From the NCBI GenBank assembly GCA_039630485.1, contig JBCNUX010000006.1:1-61859 (forward strand): 61,859 nucleotides of DNA. Reading direction: 5' to 3'. Every line of letters begins with the position of its first letter. The stretch's first letter is position 1. The translations under genes and the position numbers were made by a program. Below are positions 25,201 to 35,500 of this stretch, one piece after another. Source of the DNA: Chlorobiota bacterium (GTDB lineage: Bacteria > Bacteroidota > Ignavibacteria > Kapaibacteriales > HRBIN21). The notes under the pieces were generated by a model. The model did not search any database. It was not told the origin of the DNA and worked only from the letters and a program-made list of their open reading frames with translations.

Positions 25201-25675
25201 CGTATTCAGCACCATGGGGGTCCTCTGGGGCTTCATCCTGAGCGGGCTGACGATCTCCATCGCGCTCACTGGGGTGGGGATAGTCAGCTTGGCAGGTATC
25301 GTGGTGCGCAATGGGGTGGTACTCGTGGACTACATCGAGCAGTTGCGGCAGGAAGGCTTGACGTTGCGACAGGCCGTCATCCGCGGCGGAGCGACGCGAG
25401 TTACCCCTGTGCTGTTAACGGCGGTCTCTACGATCTTAGGACTGCTGCCGTTGGCGATAGGACTCAATATGGACTTCGGCAGCTTGCTGACCCGCTTTGA
25501 TCCGAAGCTCTACTTCGGAGGCTTCAGTGCTGCTTTCTGGGAACCGCTGGCGTGGGCGATCATCTTTGGGCTCGTCTTCGCCACGTTCCTGACCCTGGTA
25601 GTGCTGCCGGCGCTGTACTTTGTAGCAATGCGGGGCCAAATCTGGCGGCAGTGGCGGCAGCGGCACGGACGCTAA
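22295..25675 (+). CDS. RND-family efflux transporter permease (AcrB/HAE1-like), 1126 aa
   Basis: The protein has a 12-TM architecture with two large periplasmic loops. Conserved segments include AIRNRVTVYVLAVVVLLLG and GIIVDDAIVVIEN. Confidence 0.9.
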   Translation: MKMLQREFWLTNWAIRNRVTVYVLAVVVLLLGIYTYIRVPKELLPDVVVPTILVTTIYPGTSPTDIENLVTRPIEKQLKAVAGVTKVRSYSSQDVSTIVVEFETTVDPAVAKQRVQDAIDRAKSELPTDLPEDPRALEIDFSEFPIMQVSIAGDLPLEQLKRYAEELRDRIEALPQIRRVDIVGLPEREVRVDVDPYRLWAHGLSLSDVEQAIRRENLNITAGEVSAGGLLLNVRLAAEFQSVEEIANIIVRSGTGVTVRLGDIATVVEDFKEQQSYARLNRRPVVTLSVVKKSGENLLEAADGIYRIVEEFRARVVPPSVELVITNDQSVRSRTTLADLTNAIILGFIFVVVSLMFFMGVQNALFVGLATPLSSFLAMLVLPALGYTFNIVVTFAFLLALGIIVDDAIVVIENTYRLYRREGLDIVAAVKQGAGEVFAPVLAGTLTTLAPFVPLLFWPGVVGEFIVYLPVVLIATLSASFIVAYVFNPVFALDFMPRQPQPLTRRELFLRTAAMIGVAGLGYALGAWSRLPIFTGLATVTWVIALLWLFNRTIFTPRILVPFQQRLWPAVLGLYRRVGARVLRGRRAVALVVGVVLLFGLTLVVTALVRPKVQFFTNPEPNFVYVYVTLPVGTDAATTDSVMRVVEERVYRVLGEQNPLVTSVSVNVGVAAGDPFRPSFGVTPHKGRLTIAFVDQEHRRGISTWDYFELVRQAVVDIPGVQVVVDKDLAGPPTGRPVNIEIAGTDLDTLAALADRIRVLIVDSLKIAGLEGITSDLQQTKPEVLLTIDRAKAAGEGLSTGQVGSALRTALYGVEASKFRTADEEYPIQVRLMSPYRQRLEDLLNVPVAFRDMSTGQFRIIPVSAVTTATYTTTYGTITRINQERVVTLTSNVLPGYSAPLINEQIRAALARLQLPPGYSVRLTGEQEEQQKTVAFLQTAFLIAVVLIALVLVTEFSSVTKPLLVLTTVVFSTMGVLWGFILSGLTISIALTGVGIVSLAGIVVRNGVVLVDYIEQLRQEGLTLRQAVIRGGATRVTPVLLTAVSTILGLLPLAIGLNMDFGSLLTRFDPKLYFGGFSAAFWEPLAWAIIFGLVFATFLTLVVLPALYFVAMRGQIWRQWRQRHGR

Positions 25676-26358
25676 AGGCGTTGCAATGGCTTCCGCGGCT
25701 GGAACTCCGCTCCGTAGATGGGGGTGAACTCTTCTGGCGCAACTGTGGCTCCCTGGAGGTAGCGACGGTAGCCGGCAATGCCGACCCACTCGGCTGAGAG
25801 CCGCTCCAAACATGGTACGTGCAGGCCTCCAGCGATCAAGGATGCCGCGGGACCACAGAGCAGGGTGTCTTCGCTTGGACAGAGGGCGGAGAGTTCGTAC
25901 TGCTGAAGCTCTCGTATCGGAGTCGCCTCGGGGTCGAACTCTTGCACAAAGAGCCAGCCTTCGACGCCGGAATCTGTTTGAGTGAGGTGCCCAGGGACAC
26001 AGGCTATGATGCGCCGCAGTCCCAAGGCTTGAGCAACGGGAGCCGCTGCCTCCGCCAGAGCCTCCAGAGTTGGTACGGGAACAAGGACAGGTGAGCTTCC
26101 GAAGCAGAGCCCCTTCGCTAAGCTTGCACCGATGCGCAGGCTCGTGAACGAGCCTGGGCCTGCTGAGATCGCGACAGCATGCAACTGTGGTACCTCAAGG
26201 TTGTGGTCTTCCTGCAACCGCCGGACAAGCTCCGCTGCCATGCGATCGTGAGCACGCGGGGCCGCCACTACGGAGAGTTCCCGAAGACGGTCACCTTCGT
26301 ACAGAGCAACACTCAGCGGCTCCCCTGAGCTCTCTATCGCCAGAATCCACTCGGGCAT
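25672..26358 (-). CDS. tsaB: tRNA t6A37 threonylcarbamoyl transfer protein TsaB (YeaZ), 228 aa
   Basis: The protein contains ILAIESSGEPLSVAL and AVAISAGPGSFTSLRIGASLAKGL. Confidence 0.85.
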   Translation of the reverse strand: MPEWILAIESSGEPLSVALYEGDRLRELSVVAAPRAHDRMAAELVRRLQEDHNLEVPQLHAVAISAGPGSFTSLRIGASLAKGLCFGSSPVLVPVPTLEALAEAAAPVAQALGLRRIIACVPGHLTQTDSGVEGWLFVQEFDPEATPIRELQQYELSALCPSEDTLLCGPAASLIAGGLHVPCLERLSAEWVGIAGYRRYLQGATVAPEEFTPIYGAEFQPRKPLQRL

Positions 26359-26370
26359 ACCATAGGCCGT

Positions 26371-29300
26371 TCAGCGGAGCCAGAGGAATGGACGAACGGA
26401 GACCTCCTCCTTCCAGCGTAGGCGGACGGCGTACCATCCGCCCGCGACGGATGGCAACTGGAAGCGGTGTTCGTGACGTCCAGCCGGCTGCCACTGGCCT
26501 GCTATGAGCGTAGCCACCGGATGACCGAAGACGTCTAGCAGCTCCAGCGAAACTTGCGCAGCCTCAGGTAGCACGTAGCCGAGTACCAGCTCTCCTCCCG
26601 GCAGACCTTGTGCCCAGAGATTCCCGGTCTGCGGGGATTCGTACGCAATCCCGGTTGCTCCAACGGCAAACCATCGTGGATGGTACACGGGCTGTCCTAC
26701 TTCTAGACCATCGACTTGCCCTTGCTGGAGGTCAGCGACAATTAGGAGTCCTGCACCTGGTGAGACGAGAGCGAGGTACCGATTATCTGGCGAGAAGCTT
26801 GGACGCTGGACATCGAGCAGAGGCTGACCGTTGTAAGTCCACTGTGAGGTACCTAGGACTGCGACTTGGCCGGTCTGGAGGTTTGCCAGAACAGTCTCGT
26901 AAACCTCTGTCTGATGGCTGTAGTAGTTGAAGGCAATGATGTCGGGGTCCGTGTTGCTGTAGGTGATGTTCCCGAGGCTGTACTCGGCTGGGTTGGGAGG
27001 CACGAGCTCGTAAATAGCCGGTCCGGCAAAGTGAGCCTCGTAAATGTTCCAGTATGCCAGTGTATCGCCTGTCTGCAGCGGAAGCACGTTGAAGGCGTCG
27101 AAGGCAAGTTTTGGATCTCGCATGTTAGGGGTCCACGACATGACGTCGGCAAGCCAGACGGTGCTAACCGCACCACCATCGGGAGCTTGGGGTGTTAGCG
27201 GGAGGCGCGCAACCTGCTGTCCATCGGTGATGTAGATGAACGGCTCGACAACTGCCCTTACTACTGAAGCGAGACGTCCGTCGCTGCTGATGCAAGCGTT
27301 CCGGAGGTTTGCAAGTTGCGGCAGATTGACGATGAAGAACTGCTGCCGGGTCAAGTCTGCGTAGGCTAATTGCTGCTGCTGGTTGACGAAGTAGAGCCTC
27401 TCCCCACTCCGAGCTGTGCTCAGCTGCGAGAGGGGGAATCCATCCTGAGTCATCAGCACCCTCGTGCGTGGATCGCTAGAACTAATGACTCCAGACCGAC
27501 CGTCGGATGTCCTCAACAGAGCAATTCTCCCATCAGAGAGCACGAATGCGATGTACCAAGTACCACCCTGGACGGGTGGAACCTCGTTACCGCTACCGCC
27601 ACCTCCACCCCCGCCAGAGTCATAAATGCCCACGGCGTCGAAGGCCTGCGCAGCCGCCTGGGCTTCAGACTGTCCGTAGAGCTCCTGAGCTGCTCGGATG
27701 ACTGCGCGCCGGTGGTCAATGAACTCCGACGTGCGGGTCAGGTACCGAGTCAGCACGCGGTAGAAGATACGCTCTGCTTTCTCCCGCCCAATCGCCTGGA
27801 TGAGGAGGTACGCGGCTCGGTTGGGGATGCCGCAGTTGATGTGAACCCCACCGTTGTCCTCCTCTATGGGCAGGTTCCTGTACTGGCTCATGTGGCCGGG
27901 CAACTGGCTAAGCACTTGAGGATTGCCTGGATTCCCAAAGTCTCGGAGGGCAATCTTGCCGGGGACCCGAACGATGCCCTCACCGATCAGGAAATCGTCG
28001 CGATCTACCATGATGCCGAAGAGATCGGAGAAGCTTTCGTTGAGAGCGCCAGGCTGGAACTGGTAAACTAGATTGGCGGAGTATTGCGTAACACCGTGCG
28101 TGAATTCGTGCGCGACGGCATCAAGGGATGCCGCTAGTGGGTAGAAGAGCCGGTACCCATCACCGAAGCCCATAACATTGAGTCCCGGGTTCCAAAAGGC
28201 ATTATCGGCGGGTAGGCCATTCTCCGTGAAGTGCAAGATGCTGTGGACCGTGCCACCTTGGCCGTTGTAGGAGTTCCGCGAGTGCGTAGTGCGGAAGTAT
28301 CGGTCTGTCAGGAAGGCGTGGTAATGGGCCGAGACAGCCACTCGGTCTTCCCAGGTGTTTGTCGTAGAGGTGATGTGGTAAAGCGGGGTGTTTCTGCTCA
28401 GCTCTTGGCCGTTTGCGGTCAGTGTCACTGCTCCGCCCTTGATCTGCCTGGGAGGATTGGATTCATTGGGGTTATAGCTCGGAAGGTCCCAAATCATGTA
28501 GTGCACGCCATCGTCGTGGTGGTAGACGCGGAGGGAGCGCTGGGTGCCGAAGTAGTCAGCAGCTGTTGCATCTACGAAGCGTCCGGGCATTTGTGGAGTG
28601 GCTAGGGGGTGTTGCTTGGGCACGCTGGGAAGGCGAAGCTTTGGTTTGGTAATGACGGAGGGGTGTGGGGTGTACGGCAGCAAGGTGCGAGTATTAAGGA
28701 GCCGCCAGACGACCTCCCCGCTGAGGGCGTCTACGAATACCAAGTACTTCTCTACGGCGTTGGCGATGAGCGTCACCTCATAGCACAGCCGGAGAGAGCC
28801 CGAGGGAGGATGGGGGAAGATGACGAGCTGCGCCCGTGCCTGTTCGGCTCCCGTCAGGTTCAGAAGCTCTTCCGGCAGGGGTTCTACAGCGGTGATCTGC
28901 TCCACGGCCGCTACGGCGTGCTCTATGGCTTCCGCTGGGCTTAGTTTCGGCTGGGTTGGAACGCCGACCGGAGTCGGGTAGTAGCGCCCGTTGACGAGGA
29001 CCAGTTCGCCGTTCTGGCGGAGGTGGACATAGAGATCGGCCCCCCAGACAGGGATGCCAGCGTAGACTTGCTGGAATCGTAGGTGGACCATACCCAGCTC
29101 ATCGGTGCTGACGGAGATGAGCTCTAGTTCACGGCGCGGCTCTGCAAGCTTTAGCAGAGACCGATGCTGCTCCAACACTCCTAAGACGGAGCTAAGCTCG
29201 GGGATACGCTGGGTGCCCAAACCGAGTGGCGAGGGGGCATCGTACATTCGGGCTACACCCAAGGGCAGCTCAATCCAACTTGGGGCACCGCTTGGAGCGT

Positions 29301-29553
29301 AGGCAATCCGGGGCGTGAGTAGTCTGAGTGTCGGGATTTGCACTGGTGCTCCAGAGGTTTCCACCTGGACTTGGCGTGCTGGGAGTGGCTCGTTGGCAAA
29401 GTGGGCAACCGGAACGGCCGGTGCATCTGCAATCGAGCGCTGGCTAGAGATGAGCGACCGTAGCTCGGCAGGAACGTGTGCGGTGTGGGGGAGAGCCACA
29501 GCAATTGCTGCGGAGAGGGAGAAGAGCGCCCAACTCAATCGCCACACCATCAT
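26371..29553 (-). CDS. Secreted M4 (thermolysin-like) metalloprotease fused to a beta-propeller region and a T9SS C-terminal domain, about 1060 aa
   Basis: The zinc site is VAHEFTHGV followed by GALNESFSD, and GGVHINCGIPNRAAY is also present. A Gly linker SGGGGGGSG and PD40-like repeats (SFSPDNRYLALVS) follow. The CTD ends in ...GGWYAVRLRW...PFLWLR. I chose the start at 29553/29550 (MMVWRLSWALFSLSAAIAVA signal), which has a TATATTCG box 35 nt upstream. Confidence 0.85.
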   Translation of the reverse strand: MMVWRLSWALFSLSAAIAVALPHTAHVPAELRSLISSQRSIADAPAVPVAHFANEPLPARQVQVETSGAPVQIPTLRLLTPRIAYAPSGAPSWIELPLGVARMYDAPSPLGLGTQRIPELSSVLGVLEQHRSLLKLAEPRRELELISVSTDELGMVHLRFQQVYAGIPVWGADLYVHLRQNGELVLVNGRYYPTPVGVPTQPKLSPAEAIEHAVAAVEQITAVEPLPEELLNLTGAEQARAQLVIFPHPPSGSLRLCYEVTLIANAVEKYLVFVDALSGEVVWRLLNTRTLLPYTPHPSVITKPKLRLPSVPKQHPLATPQMPGRFVDATAADYFGTQRSLRVYHHDDGVHYMIWDLPSYNPNESNPPRQIKGGAVTLTANGQELSRNTPLYHITSTTNTWEDRVAVSAHYHAFLTDRYFRTTHSRNSYNGQGGTVHSILHFTENGLPADNAFWNPGLNVMGFGDGYRLFYPLAASLDAVAHEFTHGVTQYSANLVYQFQPGALNESFSDLFGIMVDRDDFLIGEGIVRVPGKIALRDFGNPGNPQVLSQLPGHMSQYRNLPIEEDNGGVHINCGIPNRAAYLLIQAIGREKAERIFYRVLTRYLTRTSEFIDHRRAVIRAAQELYGQSEAQAAAQAFDAVGIYDSGGGGGGGSGNEVPPVQGGTWYIAFVLSDGRIALLRTSDGRSGVISSSDPRTRVLMTQDGFPLSQLSTARSGERLYFVNQQQQLAYADLTRQQFFIVNLPQLANLRNACISSDGRLASVVRAVVEPFIYITDGQQVARLPLTPQAPDGGAVSTVWLADVMSWTPNMRDPKLAFDAFNVLPLQTGDTLAYWNIYEAHFAGPAIYELVPPNPAEYSLGNITYSNTDPDIIAFNYYSHQTEVYETVLANLQTGQVAVLGTSQWTYNGQPLLDVQRPSFSPDNRYLALVSPGAGLLIVADLQQGQVDGLEVGQPVYHPRWFAVGATGIAYESPQTGNLWAQGLPGGELVLGYVLPEAAQVSLELLDVFGHPVATLIAGQWQPAGRHEHRFQLPSVAGGWYAVRLRWKEEVSVRPFLWLR

Positions 29554-29588
29554 GGCAGGCAGCCGGTGTTGATGGACCTTCTCAGCTG

Positions 29589-29596
29589 CGAATATA
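29589..29596 (-). promoter_or_regulatory. Candidate -7-like box TATATTCG (one mismatch to TAnnTTTG) upstream of the M4 protease gene
   Basis: The plus strand reads cgaatata. It sits 35 nt upstream of the ATG at 29553. Confidence 0.3.
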
Positions 29597-29634
29597 CTGC
29601 ACCGCCTGTGGAGAGATAGGTGGTAAGGCAAGGC

Positions 29635-30618
29635 TTAAGGCTTGTTAGCGCGAGCTATTAGGGCTTCCCGCAGCCGACCGTGGTGTGCTTCCAGGAGGCC
29701 GCGGGCTTCCTCAGCCGGGAGGTTTGTCAGCAGCATGAAGAGGGCTAGCTTCGTGCTTCCTTGTGCCTCTTGGAGAGCGCGTTCGGCCGTGGGGGCGTCA
29801 ACACCTGCAAGGAGCATTAGAATGCGCCGACACCGCTGGCGGAGCTTGTAGTTGAGCGGCTGCAGGTCTACCATGATGTTGTGGTACGTCTTGCCCAAGC
29901 GGATCATGGCTGCGGTGGTGAGCATGTTGAGGACCAGCTTCTGGGCTGTTCCAGACTTCATTCGAGTAGAGCCGGCAATGACTTCGGGGCCGACTTCGGG
30001 GCAGATGAGGATGTCGGTATAGCGTGCAATCTCCATCCGTTGGACAAGCCTCCTGGGGTTGGTCGTTACCAAGATTGTGGTAGCACCGCGGCGGTGAGCC
30101 TCCTGGAGGGCTCCAATGACGAACGGTGTGCGAGCAGAAGCAGCGATACCGCAGACGACGTCTTTGGCCGTTACTCCGCGAGCAGCAATTGCTGCAGCGC
30201 CGTTGTCTCGCCGGTCTTCGGCACCCTCTTGGGCTCGGAAGACAGCGGCCTCCCCGCCGGCGATGAGAGCTTGGACCATCTCCGGTGGTGTCCCAAAAGT
30301 TGGCGGGCATTCGGCGGCGTCCATAATCCCCAGGCGCCCGCTCGTACCTGCTCCGACGTAGATGAGCCGGCCTCCACTACGGAAAGCCTCAACAATACGG
30401 TCCACTGCTTCCGCAATCGCAGGAATTTCCTGGGCGACGGCAGGGGCTACTTTGTGGTCCTCGGCGTTGATGATTTCCAGGATCTGTCGGGTGTCCAGAA
30501 GGTCTATGTCCCAGCTTGCGGGATTGTTCTGCTCTGTCAATAGGCGAGCAAGCTCCTCATCGACTGCGGCGGGGACTGTCGCAGAGGCCTCTTCTGCTCT
30601 ATAGCGACGCCTCGCCAT
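29635..30618 (-). CDS. murQ: N-acetylmuramic acid 6-phosphate etherase, 327 aa
   Basis: The protein has a SIS domain with [30 protein letters not shown] and [11 protein letters not shown]. Its first 20 nt overlap the end of the truncated clpB ORF. Confidence 0.9.
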   Translation of the reverse strand: MARRRYRAEEASATVPAAVDEELARLLTEQNNPASWDIDLLDTRQILEIINAEDHKVAPAVAQEIPAIAEAVDRIVEAFRSGGRLIYVGAGTSGRLGIMDAAECPPTFGTPPEMVQALIAGGEAAVFRAQEGAEDRRDNGAAAIAARGVTAKDVVCGIAASARTPFVIGALQEAHRRGATTILVTTNPRRLVQRMEIARYTDILICPEVGPEVIAGSTRMKSGTAQKLVLNMLTTAAMIRLGKTYHNIMVDLQPLNYKLRQRCRRILMLLAGVDAPTAERALQEAQGSTKLALFMLLTNLPAEEARGLLEAHHGRLREALIARANKP

Positions 30619-31930
30619 CTCGGTATCCTAATTCGCGTAAGAGGGCTTGCCGTTCTATCTCCAGTTGGCGGATGCGCCGCTCGAGCTGGTCTAATTCCTC
30701 CGGCAGGGAGTCCATCTCCATGCGGCGTCGGCTTGCGGCTTCATCAATCAGGTCTATGGCCTTGTCCGGTAGGAAACGGTCAGTGATGTAGCGGGCTGCA
30801 AGTTGGGCTGCAGCGACGATAGCTGCATCGGTGATGCGCACACCGTGGTGGAGCTCATACCGCTCCTTGAGTCCTCGGAGAATCGAGATGGTCTCCTCCA
30901 CGCTGGGCTCGTCGACGAAGACCTTCTGGAAGCGACGCTCTAAGGCTGGGTCTTTCTCGATGTGCTTCTGGTACTCATCCAGCGTTGTAGCACCAATGCA
31001 GCGCAGCTCGCCGCGGGCCAGCGGGGGCTTTAGGATATTGGCGGCGTCAATGCTACCTTGCGCTGCCCCGGCCCCAACGAGGGTGTGGATCTCGTCGATG
31101 AAGAGGATGATCTCGCCGTTTGACTCTACGACCTCCTTAACGACGGCCTTGAGGCGCTCTTCGAACTGTCCTCGGAACTGTGTCCCAGCAACGAGGGACG
31201 GCAAGTCTAGGGCAATGATGGTCTTGGTTTTGAGTGGTTCAGGGACGTCACCAGCCACGATGCGCTGCGCTAAGCCTTCTACGATTGCAGTCTTCCCAAC
31301 CCCAGGTTCGCCGATGAGGACAGGGTTGTTTTTGGTACGCCGGGTCAGGATCTGCATGACCCGGCGGATCTCCTCCTCCCTCCCGATGACAGGGTCCAGC
31401 TTGCCGCGGCGGGCCTCTTCATTGAGATTCCGTCCGTAGCGCTGGAGGGCCTGGTACTTCTCTTCCGGTGTAGGGCCTGTGACGCGGTGGGTGCCACGCA
31501 CGCTCGCTAGGACCCGTAGGAGGGCTTCCCTCGTGACCCCTTGCTCCTGAAGGAGCCGAGCAGCGCTTGAATGCCCCTCAGCAAGGGCCAACAAGAGGTG
31601 CTCAGTGCTGACGTACTCATCCTTCAACGCCGAGGCCTGGCGCCACGCTTCTTCTAAGAGCGCTGTAAGCTCGCGTGAAAGGTACTGCTCGACGGCTCCG
31701 CTGACCTTTGGAAGCCGATCCAGTTCCTCTTGGATTCGGCGCCGGAGCCGAGGGAGGTCAATCTCCAGTTTGCGGAGGAGGGTTGTAGGAATTCCCGTAT
31801 CGTCTTCCAACAAGGCGGCCAAGAGATGGAGCGGCTCTATGTACTGGTGCCCAGCCGTCGCAGCCAGTTCACGAGCCTGTTCCAGTGCCTCTTGAGATTT
31901 CAGTGTCAGGCGCTGCCATGGAATGGCCAT
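30599..31930 (-). CDS. clpB: ClpB-like AAA+ chaperone fragment (N-domain, NBD1 and the start of the M-domain only; truncated, possibly a pseudogene), 443 aa
   Basis: The ORF starts [22 protein letters not shown]... It carries Walker [16 protein letters not shown], Walker [30 protein letters not shown] and M-domain motif-1 [21 protein letters not shown]. It then ends ...[10 protein letters not shown]-stop. Full-length ClpB is roughly twice this length, and no NBD2 is present anywhere in the window. Confidence 0.8.
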   Translation of the reverse strand: MAIPWQRLTLKSQEALEQARELAATAGHQYIEPLHLLAALLEDDTGIPTTLLRKLEIDLPRLRRRIQEELDRLPKVSGAVEQYLSRELTALLEEAWRQASALKDEYVSTEHLLLALAEGHSSAARLLQEQGVTREALLRVLASVRGTHRVTGPTPEEKYQALQRYGRNLNEEARRGKLDPVIGREEEIRRVMQILTRRTKNNPVLIGEPGVGKTAIVEGLAQRIVAGDVPEPLKTKTIIALDLPSLVAGTQFRGQFEERLKAVVKEVVESNGEIILFIDEIHTLVGAGAAQGSIDAANILKPPLARGELRCIGATTLDEYQKHIEKDPALERRFQKVFVDEPSVEETISILRGLKERYELHHGVRITDAAIVAAAQLAARYITDRFLPDKAIDLIDEAASRRRMEMDSLPEELDQLERRIRQLEIERQALLRELGYRDGEASL

Positions 31931-32000
31931 GGTCCTCCAAGGGTCAGCAAGGTACACGGACTGTAGCCGTAAGGCAGACGAACGCGTAGGCGTTGCAGTG

Positions 32001-32447
32001 TCAAGGATCGGCGGGGATGCGGATGAGGGCCAACGTAGAGGTTGCCTGTGCAATTAGTGTCTCAGCCGAGTCCTGCAGGCAGAAGATACGCGCCTCGGCG
32101 AAGTGGAGTCGGTGGCCAGCATGGAGGACACGTCCGACAGCGCGTAGGCGCTCACCACGTCCTGGCTGGAAGAAGAGCACGTGGAGCTCTGCTGTGACGG
32201 GCTGGAATCCTTCTGGAGTGAGGGTAAAACTGGCGAACCCAGCGGCAACATCCGCCAGTGTCGCGATGAGGCCACCGTGAACGATACCGAGCTGCTGCTC
32301 ATGCTGTGGTCGGAGGACGACTTCGGCTACGACATGGCCTGGTTCTACGTGAGTCAGCTCGCATCCCAGGAGCTTCATGAAGTGCTGGCCGCGGAGGGCA
32401 GCGGCGATGGCTTCGCGGAAATGTGGGTTCGGTGGGGTCAGTTCCAT
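32001..32447 (-). CDS. PaaI-family hotdog-fold thioesterase, 148 aa
   Basis: The protein contains [17 protein letters not shown]...[19 protein letters not shown], which is typical of PaaI / 4HBT class II thioesterases. Confidence 0.8.
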   Translation of the reverse strand: MELTPPNPHFREAIAAALRGQHFMKLLGCELTHVEPGHVVAEVVLRPQHEQQLGIVHGGLIATLADVAAGFASFTLTPEGFQPVTAELHVLFFQPGRGERLRAVGRVLHAGHRLHFAEARIFCLQDSAETLIAQATSTLALIRIPADP

Positions 32448-32515
32448 GCTGGAGACGCGTTGCTAGCCGCCGGGCGAATATAGGGCAACGGCCAGACTAT
32501 CTGGCGTGAAAGCCC

Positions 32516-32523
32516 TAAAATTG
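32516..32523 (+). promoter_or_regulatory. Candidate -7-like box TAAAATTG (one mismatch) upstream of ileS
   Basis: It sits 37 nt upstream of the ATG at 32561. Confidence 0.3.
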
Positions 32524-32560
32524 TAGACTCTGCAGCAAGAAGCCTGGGAGTGAGCGCCGA

Positions 32561-35500
32561 ATGTGGCTGGAACAGCTCGGGGAGACGCTGAATCTGTCGG
32601 CGTTAGAGCATGAGGTGCTGGCGTTCTGGGAGCGTGAGCGCATCTTCGAGCGCTCGCTGGAGCAGCGGCGGCAAGCACCTCGGTTTCGCTTCTACGAGGG
32701 TCCGCCAACGGTCAACGGTAAGCCGGGCATCCACCACGTCATGTCCCGAACGATCAAGGACGTGGTGTGCCGCTACAAGACCATGTGTGGATACTACGTC
32801 CGCCGCCAGGCGGGCTGGGACTGCCATGGGCTGCCGATAGAGTTGGCTGTAGAGAAGGAGCTGGGGATCGTTGACAAGCGGGAGATTGAAACAGCCTACG
32901 GCGTAGAGCGCTTCAACCAGGCCTGCAAAGAGCTCGTCTGGCGCTACATCGAAATGGAGGAGGGCTGGCGGAGTCTGACCCGCCGCATGGGCTACTGGAT
33001 TGACCTCGACAATGCCTACATCACCTGCTCCAACGAGTACATTGAGTCGCTCTGGTGGGCGCTGAAGCAGTTGTTCGATCGGGGATTAATCTACCGCGGC
33101 TTTAAGGTCGTGCCCCAGTCCCCAACGATTGAGACCCCGCTGAGTTCGCATGAGCTGGCCTTGGGCTATCGAGAGGTGCGTGACCCGAGCGTTTTCGTGC
33201 GTGTCCGGGTTGTGCAGCCGAGCCGTCCTGGTGTGGAGCGAGCGGCACTGTTGGTGTGGACGACGACACCTTGGACTCTCTTCGGGAATGCGGCGCTGGC
33301 AGTCCATCCAGAGGTGACGTATGCGCTGGTGCGTAATCGCCGTCCGAATGATTCGCCGGAGGCTGCCGAGGAGCTCATTCTGGCGGAGGCGTGCCTCTCC
33401 GTCCTGGAGGGGGAGGTTGAGGTCGTGGAGCGCTTCTCCGGAGCGGAGCTGGTGGGGACGGTCTACGAGCAGATCTTCCCTGACCTTCCGATCGATCGCA
33501 CGCAGTACCCAAATGCGCTGACGGTGCTTCCGGCAGAGTTCGTCACGACGGGGGAGGGGACGGGGATTGTCCACATTGCTCCGGCGTTTGGGGTAGAGGA
33601 CTTCGAGTTAGGACAGCGCTACGGGCTGCCGCTCCTCCAGCCAGTCACCCCGAATGGGCATTTCGCTGAACAAGTTCGCGAGTTCGCCGGGCGGGCGGTC
33701 AAGACCTTCCGGTACAACGACCGCGTAGAAGAAGGAGCCGATCGCGACATCGTCGCTGCGCTGCGCCGTATGGGCAAGCTCTACCGGGCAACCTTTGATT
33801 ACGTGCACACCTATCCCCACTGCTGGAGGACGGGGAACCCGATCATCTACTACGCCCGCCTGTCGTGGTTCCTGAAGTCGCCGGCGTACAAAGAGCGCAT
33901 GTTAGAGCTCAACGAGCAGATTCGCTGGCAGCCGTCGGAGATTGGTGCAGGGCGCTTCGGCAACTGGCTGCAGGAGGTCAAGGAGTGGGCGCTCTCGCGC
34001 GACCGGTACTGGGGGACTCCGCTTCCCATCTGGATCAGCGAAGATGGGACGGAGATGTTCGCTATCGGCTCGATTGCTGAGCTCATGGAGGGACTCTACG
34101 AGTTCCCGGACGGTCGTCGGGTGCCGTTGCGGGAGGCTGGAGTGGAGATTGATCTGCATCGCCCCTTTGTGGACCGCGTCGTGTTCCTTCGCAATGGCAA
34201 GCTCTTCCGCCGTACGCCCGAAGTGGTGGATGTTTGGTTCGACTCTGGCGCAATGCCCTTCGCGCAGTTCCACTACCCCTTCGAGAACCAGGAACTCTTC
34301 ACTGAACAGTTTCCCGCCGACTTCATCGCCGAAGGAGTGGACCAGACTCGTGGCTGGTTCTATACGCTGCACAACTTAGCCACGGTGCTCTTTGACCGGC
34401 CAGCCTTCCGCTCTGTGGTGGTCAACGAGCTCATCTTGGACAAGCAGGGGCAGAAGATGTCTAAGTCCAAGGGGAACGTCGTTGATCCCTTCGCAGTCAT
34501 CGAGCGCTACGGGGCGGATGCTGTCCGGTGGTACCTCCTCTCGGCGAATCCGCCGTGGAAGCCAATGCTCTTCAACGAGGAAGAGATCGGGCGCACGGTG
34601 GTGGCGAACTTCCTGCGGGCGCTGGTGAACGTGTACAACTTCTTTGCACTCTACGCCCGCATTGACGGGTTCACAGGGGCTGAGCCTGAAGTGCCCATCA
34701 GCGAACGTCCGGAGATTGACCGCTGGATACTCTCGCGGCTACAGGCTGTGCTGCAGCAGTACCGCGAGGCTATGGACGACTACGAATTGACACGAGCCGT
34801 TCGGCTTGTGCAGGACTTTGTCTTGGAGGATGTCTCCAACTGGTACGTCCGCCGCAACCGTCGCCGCTTCTGGAAGGGGGAGCGGGATCAGGAGAAGCTG
34901 GCAGCCTACCAGACGCTGTATGCCGTGCTGCAGGGTACGCTACTGATGATGGCACCAGTGGCTCCCTTCCTAGCGGAAGCGCTCTACCAGCGCTTGCGCC
35001 GCGATGGGCAGCCGCTGTCGATCCACCTTTTGGACATGCCGGAGCCAAAAGCAGAGCTGCGGGATGTGGAGTTGGAGCGTCGCATGGGATTGGCGCGACA
35101 AATCGCTGGGTTGGTGCGCCAGCTTCGGGAGCGTGCCCGGCTGAAGGTTCGGCAGCCCCTACAGCGGATTCTTATCCCAGCGGCCTCTCAGCAACTGCGG
35201 CGCGATATCCGCTCTGTGGAGGCCCTCATCGCCGACGAGGTCAACATCAAGGCGATTGAGTTCTTGCCGCCGGAGGTGGACGTTGTGCGGTGGAAGGCGA
35301 AGCCGAACTACCGGCTCTTGGGGAAGCGCTTGGGCAAGCGAATGCCGTTGTTGGAGAAAGCTCTGGCGGAGCTTCCGCAGGCGGCCCTTCGGCGCTTCTC
35401 TGAGACTGGGCGTCTTGTAGTAGAGCTCGAAGGGGAAAAGATAGAGCTGAGCCGGGAGGAAGTAGAGCTTCGCAGCACCGAGCTCGAAGGCTGGCTCGTT

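Noticed and set aside
27589-27621. A short GGN/ACC-rich repetitive DNA stretch was noticed.
   Set aside because: It simply encodes the SGGGGGGSG inter-domain linker of the M4 protease. It is not a DNA-level repeat element.
34236-34242. A GGTTCGA string resembles a tRNA T-arm.
   Set aside because: It lies inside the ileS coding frame (WFDSGAMPF) and has no flanking acceptor or anticodon stems.
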